NCBI GenBank assembly: GCA_010909165.1
Contig: MU008170.1
Location: 620,001-684,000, forward strand
Direction of reading: 5' to 3'
Length of the DNA: 64,000 nucleotides
Origin: Anthoceros angustus
Lineage: Eukaryota; Plantae; Anthocerotophyta
Position 1 is the first letter of the stretch, and the number at the start of each line of letters is the position of its first letter. Made by a program: the position numbers and the translations under genes. Positions 49,001 through 59,355 of this stretch are shown here, piece by piece. A model generated the notes under the pieces. It made no database searches. It saw only the letters and a program-made list of their open reading frames with translations, and was not told where the DNA came from.

Positions 49001-52000
49001 AGAGGAGGCTCGGTTGTTGACTTTACGTGAAGTCAAGGATATGCTAGCAAAGCCGTGGAAATCGTTCAAGGGATTCCACTGGAGAGTGCGTCGTGGATAC
49101 TCATCGGTATGAGAAGGTGTTGACAGTATTATCGACCTAAAAGGTATGGATGAGGAGATTACCTTACGGAAGAAGTTTCATGTTATACAAGTGGCTATGG
49201 TAAAACACTTGGGCTGCTCATCATTCGAAGAGGTTAGGTGGAATATCCTTTGCATTCGTGAAATGATAGCTCGGTTCAGACGGCATTATTTGGGAAGGTG
49301 TGCCATACTACCCATCGTTTTCTAATTCTCTCATGTCGTGTACAAACCCTAACGTTCTTGCGGTAGCGGTGGCGAGGCCACTTCCACATGTGATGTGGGG
49401 ACCGGGTTGCCTTCAGGCGGCCGGCCGGCGCCATCTGTATCCACTCCATAGGCAGGGGCTTGAGGCGCCGGCGGCGCCTCTCCTGAGATCTCTGGTGCAT
49501 AATGTTTCACTTGCATCTGTATATGCACTTACTCGTTTTGCCCTGCGAATTGAAGGATATAGACAACTTGCGGAAAATGCCGGAGGACTTTAAGAATTTC
49601 ATTTTAGATCAATAATTGGAAGAGTTTGGAAGGCGATGTGGCGGCGGTATGGCGGTCTGAGATCTTCATGAAGGGCTGCACATTTTCTTGTTCTGTGGTG
49701 AAGGAGGTTCATTACCAAGTGGAGAAGCGAGATATTTTGAGATGCGGGGCTACCTTGGTGAGGAGGTACACCACATTAGTCATGGATGTGCCCGGAGGCT
49801 TTGATATTGGGCCTATGGACAAGCGGATGGATGCCACTATGTTGAGTCTGATTTTCAGCAGTTTTCATGAGAAAACTACAAGCGAAGACTTCCGCATGAT
49901 TGTCATGCATGGAGTGGAGGAAGCCCACACAGACGGAATCGATCGCGGTGGTGTAAGAAGGGTGGCTGGTGTCTTTCGTGTGGGATAAAACTAACATGAG
50001 CAATGATAGGGGCGGATTTGAAGCGATGGAGTATGTGGTATCGGATGGGGCTTGAAGATGGGTGTTCAAAGGATCGAGCTCCGATGATGCGAATGCCATG
50101 CATGGCACTTTTAACAATGGGAGGTCCGTCATAGGCCATGACAACATGGTAAAGAAGCGGTGTACTTGTCCCATGACAAGTTGGTGGTATGCCCATACCA
50201 AAGGCCTCTTGGGCGATGATGAAATTGATCAAGACCTTCTCAAAAGAAGGAGGCGGGTGGTGGGCGCATGCTCGGAGTGGCACAACGGTATTAGCGGCCT
50301 TGCTGTGGAAGAATCGCCATCGAGCGGACTTACGGTGTCTTGGATACATCCCCAGCGCATCCACGGATCGAGGTTCTCCGGATCTTGAAGAAGAGCTTAC
50401 CTTGAGCCCCATCGCAAAGGCCCTTGCGATTCGGGCAAAGGAGGTTTGTATAAGTGAAAAGGATTGTTCAAAGGCCCAAGTTGTTTCTTTGAGTGCCGGA
50501 GGATGAAGACCGAGCAGGCGGTGTTGGAGGAAGGACAGCAAGCTGGATACCATATGGCAACCTCCCACGTCGTCGGCGGTCCAAGCGGAGGTTAACAACG
50601 ATGACAACGCTTTGGGTGAGAATGAGCTTTGACGAAGAAGAAGCTGGGCGTATCGAAACCTAGCGTAGTTTTAGATTCGCTCGCTCAGGCCCATTGAGAC
50701 CCGAATAGCCCGCACGAGTAACCGGATCCAATGTATTAGGATTCGGACATAAACTTCATTATGCCATGTGTCTATCGGTGCCATTTTGCGAAGTGCACAT
50801 TTAAAACGTCCCTCTTCCATCATGGCTTCATCCGGTAGCCGGCCAGCGCTACCCACTATTCACCGTGTGTATGCCTCAATTGTGTTGTTCATGACTTAGT
50901 CGGGGCCAAGAATGGTCCATTGTCGAGGAGGCTCGGTTGTTGACCTTTGTTTACGTGGTCAAGGATATGTTAGCAAAGCCGTGGAAATCGTTCCAAGGGA
51001 TTCCAGCTGGAGAGTGCGGTCAGCAAATACTCATCAACGCAGCAGAGAAGGTGTTGACAGGTATTATCGACCTAAAAGGTATGGATGATGAGATTACCTT
51101 ACGGAAGAAGTTCCATGTTATACAAGTGGCTATGGTTAAACACTTGGGCTGCTCATCATTCGAAGAGGTTAGGCTGGAATATCCTTTGCATTCGACCGAC
51201 GAGATGATAGCTCGGTTCCAGACGGCATTATTTGGGAAGGTGTGCCATACTACCCATCGTTTTCTAATTCTCTCATATGTCTGCATTACAAACCCTAACG
51301 TTCTTGCGGTGGCGAGGCCACTTCCACATGTGATGTGGGGACCGGGTTGCCTTCAAGGCGGCCGGCCGGCGCCATCTGTATCCACTCCATAGAACTCAAG
51401 GCCGAGGAGGCCGGCGGCGCCTCAGCCACTGCATAATGTTTCACTTGCATCTGTATATGCACTTACTCGTTTTGCCCTGCGAATTGAAGGATATAGACAA
51501 CTTGCGGAAAATGCCGGAGGACTTTAAGAATTTCATTTTAGATCAATAATTGGAAGAGTTTGGAAGAAGCGGTATGGCGGTCTGATCTTCATGAAGGGCT
51601 GCACATTTTCTTGTTCTGTGGTGAGAAGGAGGTTCATTACCAAGTGGAAGCGAGATATTTTGGAGATGCGGGGCTACCTTGGTGAGGAGGTACACCATTA
51701 GTCATGGATGTGCCCGGAGGCTTTGATATTGGGCCTATGGACAAACGGATGGATGCCACTATGTTGAGTCTGATTTTCAGCAGTTTCATGAGAAAACTAC
51801 AAGCGAAGACTTCCGCATGATTGTCATGCATGGAGTGGAGGAAGCCCACACAAGACGGAATCGATGCGGTGGTGTAAGAAGGGTGGCTGGTGTCTTTCGT
51901 GTGGGATAAAACTAACATGAGCAATGATAGCGGATTTGAAACAGGAGTATGTGACCGGATGGGGCTTGAAGATGGGTGTTCAAAGGATCGAGCTCGATGA

Positions 52001-52420
52001 TGCCGAATGCCATGCATGGCACTTTTAACAATGGGAGGTCCGTCATAGGCCATGACACCGTGGTAAAGCGGTGTACTTGTCCCATGACAAGTTGGTGGTA
52101 TGCCCATACCAAAGGCCTCTTGGGCGATGATGAAATTGATCAAGACCTTCTCAAAAGAAGGAGGCGGGTGGTGGGCGCATGCTCGGGACAAGCTGTATTA
52201 GCGGCCTTGCTGTGGAAGCGCGCCATCCGCCAGGCGGACTTACGGTGTCTTGGATACATCCCCAGCGCATCCACGGATCGAGGTTCTCCGGATCTGAAGA
52301 AGAGCTTACCTTGAGCCCCATCGCAGGCCCTTGCGATTCGGGCAAAGGAGGTTTGTATAAGTGAAAAGGATTGTTCAAAGGCCCAAGTTGTTTCTTTGAG
52401 TGCCGGAGGATGAAGACCGA
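49000..52420 (+). CDS. Cargo gene, C-terminal part: beta-class DNA amino-methyltransferase-like domain (N4C/N6A); 2 frameshifted copies
   Basis: A motif IV-like LVMDVPGGF (49785; copy at 51707) precedes VVCPYQRPLG..MKLIKTFSKEGG.VVGACSGSGTTVLAALL...R..CLG (~50185-50345, rebuilt across small indels). This matches the HPxQKP..LI..S..GD.VLDxFxGSGTT..AA pattern and the IV-before-I order of beta-class MTases. Confidence 0.7.
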
Positions 52421-53559
52421 GCAGGCGGTGTTGGAGGAAGGACAACGCTGGATACCATATGGCAACCTCCCACGTCGTCGGCGGTCCAAGCGGAGGTTAA
52501 CAACGATGACAACGCTTTGGGTGAGAATGGTTTGACGAAGAAGAAGCGTATCGAAACCTAGCTGTAGTTTTAGATTCCTTGTTGGGCCCAGTTGAGACCG
52601 AATAGCCCGCACGAGTAACCGGATCCAATGTATTAGGATTCCGGACATAAACTTCATTATGCCATGTGTCTATCGGTGCCATTTTGCGTGCACATTTAAA
52701 ACGTCCCTCTTCCTTTGTCATGGCTTCATCCAGCGCCAGCGGGCCACCACTTGTCGTGTGTGTATGCCTCAATTGTGTTGTTCATGACTTAGTCGGGGCC
52801 AAGAATGGTCCATTGTCGAGGCTGATGGCTTTGCGTGATTTAGATACCGAGTGATTTTCGTCAAAGGGGTTCTGCAACACCGGAAGGGGGTTCGTATATA
52901 AACCTCCTTACAGAATTACCATGTTAACATCATCAGCACATGTCCTGATAAGTTTAAGAGTCTGAGCACTCTTGACAAGAAGGGATCTGATTGAGTGGTA
53001 TCTGTAATCAAGTCTTGGATTTGCCGAATCGTCCCAAACCGCCCGTGCGGACAAATATTTCTCAGTTCCTCGGTCGAAAAGCAAAAGTACATGAGTTTGA
53101 AACCCATGGTTCTACTTTCATGCGGGTTCTCTTTTGTCCGGGTCAAGGGTTCTAATTGAATAGTCCTATCTGCAATGAAGTCTTGGATTTGCCGAATCAT
53201 TCCAAATTGCCCTTATTGACAAATATTCCTTAGGTCCTCATTCGAGAAGCAAAAGTACAAGGGTTCAAAACCCATGGTCTTACTTTTGCACTATTTCGTC
53301 CGGCAGCCGCCGAGATCGACTTGTCGTGACACTAGCAAAAAAGAAGCCAGTTTGAAGGCAAGGGGTTGTGCTAAATTGACAAAGTCGGAAGCCAACCCAA
53401 GCACATTTTTATTATTTTCTCTTCAGCGTGTATGTGAAGTGGACTAAAGGTAGCAGAGTTGTAAAAATTGTAATGGTATCATGCGGATGGTCGTAGGATT
53501 AACCCTATGTGCCGCCCTTTGCAAATTCATATCCATGGTCGGCAGATTTGGAACTCGCA

Positions 53560-53652
53560 TAGATGAACTCATACGAGTTTCAATCTCGCTTAGACGAACT
53601 CATAAGAGTTTCAATCTCGCCTAGACGAACTCATAAGAGTTTCAATCTAGCT
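53560..53652. repeat. 31-bp tandem repeat x3
   Basis: taga(c/t)gaactcata(a/c)gagtttcaatct(c/a)gc(c/t) at 53560, 53591 and 53622; partial copy near 53925. Confidence 0.9.
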
Positions 53653-54488
53653 CCAAAACCACTCCGACATGACCATATATCAAGTAATAACTTTGTAAAT
53701 TTTATAAATGTGGGGCTGATTGACCAAGTACATTTTTATACTTTTCTCTTCAATGTTTATGTGAAGTAGAATTAGTGCAGCAGAGTAGTAAAAAACGTTT
53801 GATGATGTCACGCAAGGAGTTGCAGGATCAACCCCGCCTGTTGGCCTTTGTGCACTCATGCCTGTTGGCCTTTGTGAATTCACATCAATGGTTGGTAGAA
53901 CTCAAACTTGCTCAGGCGCGCCAACAAGAGTTTCAATCTTGCTCGATAAATAATAGGACCACAGGACTATGTCTTAACTAGTAACTTGTTGAATTTTGTA
54001 ACCACTCTCGCACCGACACAACCATGTGACGTGTAGTAGTGAAGGAGTAGAGCCATTGGTTCATTATAGAAAAAGGGAGTAAAGCTATTTTTTTCCACAC
54101 ATTGTCTTTTTTAAGACTTACCAATACCAAAACAGACAATCCGCTAAGCTTACCTCAATGGAGATAGGTATGATTCATCCATAGAGGATGTTCATTAGTT
54201 TTAAAGATTCTCATGATTTGCACAAGGATAAGAAGCATTTAAGTTAGAACGTCGGAGACTTATTGACTTCGGGGAAGAATTGGCAAATCCAAGGCTTGAT
54301 TGACACACACATATAATAATGAGACTGTTCAACTGGATCTCTTCCCGTCTTGCCCAACGCTTGAAGTTATCATAGCTTCCTCGGACCCAAATTAAAGCAG
54401 TAGACCGGCATGGCATTAAGAAATGGACTCATGAGAATCAATTCATTGTGTACAATCTAGTATCATCAAATATCATATTTATTCTTCT

Positions 54489-54820
54489 TATCACTAAATC
54501 TATTTTTCCAAAAATATTAGGTACTAGGAACCTAATAACTCTTTGAACAATATTTAACTACCCACCTATGCATGTCGGGAGCTAGTCCCCCTTGGACTGG
54601 CCCTGTAGAGGGTTGTTCCCTATCGCCTAGATGTGAATAGGAATTCCTATTTATTCTCAATATCACTAAATCTATTTATGCAAAAATATTAGGTACTAGG
54701 AACCTAATAAATTTTTGAATAATATTTAATTACCCACCTATCCATGTGAGGAGTTAGTCTCCCTTGGCCTAGGCCCTCTAGAGGGTTGTTCCCTATGGCC
54801 TCGGTGTGAATGAGAATTCC
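54489..54820. repeat. ~172-bp imperfect tandem duplication
   Basis: tatcactaaatctattt..aaaaatattaggtactaggaacctaataa...agagggttgttccctat..gtgaat..gaattcc starts at 54489 and 54661. Confidence 0.85.
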
Positions 54821-55781
54821 CAACTCTTCAAATTTATGAAGTCTTGTGTTGCCCTATCCATGTCCTAGTCATATATTCATTGGATCTTTGAATCATCCCA
54901 AAACTTCTAGTAAAATAGACTCTATTTTAATTCTTTTACTTAGAATTAATCTTAGATTATTACTTTACTTTTTCTACTGCATTTTTTGATAGCCCTAAAT
55001 TGATTTTTCTAACACTGAATTGTATCTTCGTATTATTCCACGAGGGCGCATAAAAATGAATATGGTAACATATTACCTTAGGTAGTACCTACGTAAGCAG
55101 CAAGTTCCGTGCATGAGGACGGGCCAACCATTTTAACGGCTCGCGTGCTGGGCGTGTGGTGCGCGCACACAGCCTGCGCTTCCCCCGTGCTTTGCTTTGT
55201 GCGCCGACTAACCAACTGCCACTTCGGCGCCACGTAGGGTGAAACGTCAGAAAAGTCGCTTCCACATCAGCCGAAATACCCTCCACGAGGGACGAAATCC
55301 CCGTTTCGCGTCTTAGCGGTGGCGTAGTTGCCTCTCATCTCTCGGACCCGGCGCACCTTGGAACGAGGACGCGCAATGGGATGCTGTTTGACTGGATGTG
55401 CTGTTCCTGGACTTCCTCGTTCTCCCAGCACTTGATCTGTTTTCAATCGGCTCGCGCCTTCGGTTCTTACAGTCCTCGTCCAAAGACTGATTCCAAGGGA
55501 GGGAGGGAAGAAATCCTTGTTTGCTGTCGAGACCGTGTCCAAGGACTGAGGAAGGAAGCAAGCAAGCAATTCTTGTATGTTGTTAGTCCGAACATCGAGG
55601 GAGGAAGGAAGGAAGCGTTTGTTCTTGGCTTTTGCTTGCCAAGGATCAAGGAAAGAGGAAGCGATTTTGTTTGCTGTGTGTGTGTGTCCAAAGATAAAAG
55701 GAAGAAGGAAGCTTTTGTAGCATGCAGCTGGTGGAGAAGGTCATGGATTCTTGAGGGATTAGAGGAGCCTGAGCTTGCGAG

Positions 55782-56948
55782 ATGGAGGCAATGGCAAGGT
55801 CGGTTCGAGGGGGGGTTGCCGGGTGCTCTCTTTCGGGCCTGGAGGTGGAGCATTGTAGCAGTGGCAGGTCTTCGTTCGGCTGTTGCGACAGCGTGTTTGT
55901 TGGCCGGGAGTCATTTGCCGCTGGAGGCCTCCGGGTGCATTGCCGGAGCCGGAACCGGGTTGTGGCAAGGCCGGTGTTCTCTGATCGCAGCCATGCTTTG
56001 TTTTATGCTCGCGCGGGGGCAGGGGAGGAAAGGAGCACAACCGCAGATCTTGATATGGAGCAGCAGCAGCAGCAGCAGCAGCAGCTCCTCACCATTGCTT
56101 ATGTAAGTGTTTCTTTTGCCATGCTTGAAATTCACATTGCTAAGAGATGGATGTGCGGATGCTTGTAGTCAGCCGAGGGGAGGGGAATGCAGTGGGTGAC
56201 CTAATTGTGCGTCTTGGTGCAGGGTGACGAGGATGATCTCCTCAGGCAGTTGGCGCATGTCAGGTCCGGGCTGAGAAGGAGAGGCCGTAAGGGCAAGAGG
56301 AGAGCAGCTTCCTCGGGCTCTTCTTCCTCTTCTTCTTCGTCTTCGGAGTCCAGTGACAGTGAGGAGGAGAGGGAGAGGCGGAGTTCCAGGAAGGAGATAG
56401 GCAGGGCAAGATCCAGAGCGGCCAGGGATGTGTCTGTGAATGCATTGCCGGTGTTGGACCATAGGAGGGTTTCTCCTGTCCGTACAGTTGCACCTGCAGA
56501 TGAAGAGAGAGCAGGAATTCCTTCCCTCACCAGCGTTGTTGATGTGACACAGTCTCAGCAGGCAGAGCTGCACACATCTGCTGCTCAGCTCAACCGGCTG
56601 TTCAGCCTGCAGGAGAAGGATCTAGGAGGTGCAGAAATTGGACCTGGCCAGCTCACGTCTGTCCCCATGGGCACAGTGAAGGTCTGTATGGGAGGCAAGT
56701 GTAAGAAGATGGGCTCGCAGACTGTTCTGTCGGCCTTCCAGGATTGCTTGGCAGGAAACGCTAGCGTGGAAGCTGTCCCTTGTAAGTGCTTGAAGAAGTG
56801 TGGCAAGGCTGTGAATGTGACCTTCGGGCAGGGGGAAGAGGAGCCGGAGATGGCAAGCCAAGTGGAGGTTGATGACGTCCACGACTTGCTCCGTGCTTAC
56901 TTCCCTCAGTTTTCACCCTTAGCTCTTTCACCAGCTCCGAGCATGTGA
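55782..56948 (+). CDS. DGAT3: Soluble diacylglycerol acyltransferase 3-like protein (thioredoxin-like 2Fe-2S domain); exons 55782-56102 and 56223-56948
   Basis: Transit-peptide-like N-terminus with FSDRSHALFY, poly-Ser SSSSSSESSDSE, and VKVCMGGKCKKMGS...CKCLKKCGKAVNV. (CAG)8 polyQ at 56061-56084. Confidence 0.85.
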
Positions 56949-57338
56949 TGAGCAGATGGCGTGGTGCGGAAACAGGAGAGTCGGATGTAACACTATTTTT
57001 CTTGGATCAAGATCTAGTCTAGGTACCTATTCTTTTGGCCGGCTTTCTCCTTGTTATTCAAAAATCAAGGAATGAATGGTCTTAGGTGTTGCAGGAAAGG
57101 TGCAAATACCTTGGATTTGGCTTGCTACTTATTAATTGTCATCCGATACAGAGTTTGTGTACCTATCTCTAGTACCTAACTCTACATTATGTAGTAGAAA
57201 CAAATCAAAAAGGTCGGTTTTGCCCACAGCGTTTGAAGATTTGAACTCGCGGCTGTGCCCCGTTGGCCTTAAGAGCGAGGTGGACACAATCGTTCACATT
57301 TTGAGCAGTTTGTGCCCTGACACGAATATGTACGAACG

Positions 57339-57454
57339 AACTGTTCTAACAAAGTAACGGTAAACCTCTAGCGGATACAAAGTACAGCCGTATACACAAA
57401 CTGTCCTAACAAAATAACGGTAAACCTCTGGCTGGCGGATACAAAGTACAGCCG
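57339..57454. repeat. ~60-bp tandem duplication
   Basis: aactgtYctaacaaaRtaacggtaaacctct...gcggatacaaagtacagccg occurs twice. Confidence 0.8.
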
Positions 57455-57849
57455 CATACTACAAGCGGAAAGATCTTCCTCCACACATTCCTCCACCAAT
57501 GCCTGAAAGTCTAGGCTCCAAAACTACTCACTTGATGTTTCCTACTCCTTCCGAGAGGAAAAGTTGTTGCTGACCAGAACTTGCTATCCCGTAAGCTGGG
57601 CACTCAATCTCTAGCTGCGGGGGCAATACCCAGATCCATATGTTATGGCGCAGACAATATGGCACATAGATTTTTCAGAAGTGCTGTAAGCAACCGTTGC
57701 ACACAAGCTAACCTTACTGCACATAAGGTACTCAGCTGCTATTCCCACCTTGGGTATGGACTGAATGACTAGAACTCCCTTTATTAGGGCCAGGGCTTCG
57801 GATACAACCAGCTATGGGACACAAGCCAACGGCAAAGGACATGAATTAA

Positions 57850-58749
57850 TTACACAGGGGTAGCTTGAGATCGCAACTGCTCCTCACCAGGTGAAACTTT
57901 TTTGCTGTAGAAGGGGAACTCCAAGAAGAAGACGGTCTTGACCCATGCAGGCAGGTGGCCGAAGATGGCAGGAGGGAAAGGAATGAGAACACTGGTGCTG
58001 TTCTTGTAAGCCCTGTACTCGGCACTCCCACCATACTTCTTGTCAGCAGAGCGTTCCAGAGGAGGGATGCCACTGAGGAACAGCAGCACAAGGACGATGA
58101 AGATAGGGCCAGCGATGACTCCCCACTGCCCGCCCTTGAGGACCGGAGTGGCAGCAATGAAAATACCCCACCACAGCAGAATCTCCCCGAAGTAGTTAGG
58201 GTGCCTGGTGAAGTACCACAAGCCGGAGTCGCACCAGTGGCCCTTCTTCGTCGGGTCCTGCTTGTACGAGAACTTCTGCTGATCAGCCACCAACTCGAAA
58301 AGCACCCCGACCCCAAACAAGACCCAGCCCACGATGTCCCGAGCCTCCAACGCCGGGTTCCGGTTGCTGGCGTTCAGGACAGTCACAGGCAAGCTCACAG
58401 TCCACACCCACACGGCCTGTATCACCCAGAACGCGGCGAACTTGCCGATGTTGTTCCTGGTGTCGTCGAACCTCTTGTCCTCCCCCCACACCAGAATCCG
58501 CATCAGCAGGAATGCAGCCAGGCGCAGACCCCATAGTACCACAAACAGCGTCAGCACAATCTGTCTGAAATTCCAGGAGCCCTTCAGGATGGCTGTGAGG
58601 AGGGCGACGACGATGAAGTTGGTGGAGCCGGCGAAGTCTGTCACCTTGTCGAACTTGAAAGTGGCTGCTACCAAGAAGAATGACAGCTGGTACACTGCTG
58701 TGACGATGGCGGTGATGGCCAGGTAGTTATCGTCCAGCACTTTCGTCAT
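57850..58749 (-). CDS. DUF1295 / steroid 5-alpha-reductase-like membrane protein (299 aa, intronless)
   Basis: FDKVTDFAGSTNF, WGEDKRFDD, QAVWVWTVSLPV, ADQQKF, GLWYFTRHPNYFGEILLWWG and SGIPPLE. Confidence 0.93.
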   Translation of the reverse strand: MTKVLDDNYLAITAIVTAVYQLSFFLVAATFKFDKVTDFAGSTNFIVVALLTAILKGSWNFRQIVLTLFVVLWGLRLAAFLLMRILVWGEDKRFDDTRNNIGKFAAFWVIQAVWVWTVSLPVTVLNASNRNPALEARDIVGWVLFGVGVLFELVADQQKFSYKQDPTKKGHWCDSGLWYFTRHPNYFGEILLWWGIFIAATPVLKGGQWGVIAGPIFIVLVLLFLSGIPPLERSADKKYGGSAEYRAYKNSTSVLIPFPPAIFGHLPAWVKTVFFLEFPFYSKKVSPGEEQLRSQATPV

Positions 58750-59355
58750 GGTGGCAGCTTGAGGGGCTGAGGGGCTGAGGGCCTACAGTCTCTCGTTGCA
58801 CTACGCTGCTCCTGAGGATGCCGATGGAAATTGGGCGGAGATGTGAAGCAGTGAGGCCCGCCTGCGGAATGCAACAAGCTGTGAGTGGAGGGAGACAAGT
58901 GGCATGTGAGAGGCTGGGCTGCTGCTCATTTGACAGGGGTCGAAATAGGCAGAAAAGCGTGTCCTGCAGCGCCCAAGAAGCAGCTGTGAAAGCATCCAGG
59001 AAGAAGAGACGCATCTTGCACCTCGATGAATTCCTGCGCTTTCCTTGCGGCTTCCTGTGTGGCGTGTGTGGTCGAATTTTCATCCACGTTACCCTGCTCC
59101 AAAACCAGCTTATGGAGATGTACTTCTCAACTGACTTCAGCTAGGTCGTGCTAATACTCCGATATCTACTCCACGTCGGGTGGTACCCTCGGGCCTCCAC
59201 CACCACGTCCTCCGCACCCTGTCGGTAGGAGGACACACAGGCCACCAAGGTCTACAAATCAGGTTTGCAGATGTTGTTCAACTAGGTCTAAATGTGGGTA
59301 GTAAAATAAGGGAGGGAAAAAGAACAGTTCCGGACTATCTAGGTGTTATTGATAT

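Larger units (their letters stand above)
29300..53340. mobile_element. Large cargo-bearing DNA transposon (~10 kb non-redundant) present as a series of overlapping tandem duplications
   Basis: Non-redundant order: unknown minus-strand ORF, transposase (minus), spacer, Cys-rich/ParB/MTase gene (plus), unknown minus-strand ORF. Most segments recur 2-4 times. Termini and TSD were not identified, so the limits are approximate. Confidence 0.75.

Noticed and set aside
53330-53345. CACTA terminal repeat (CACTAGCAAAAAAG)
   Set aside because: No matching inverted end or 3-bp TSD was found, and the transposase is not En/Spm-like.
53560-53652. CRISPR-like 31-bp repeats
   Set aside because: The units are directly adjacent with no spacers, there are no cas genes, and the context is eukaryotic.
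57205-57300. Second tRNA-derived element (B-box-like GAGTTCAAATC on the minus strand)
   Set aside because: No convincing A box, stems or tail.
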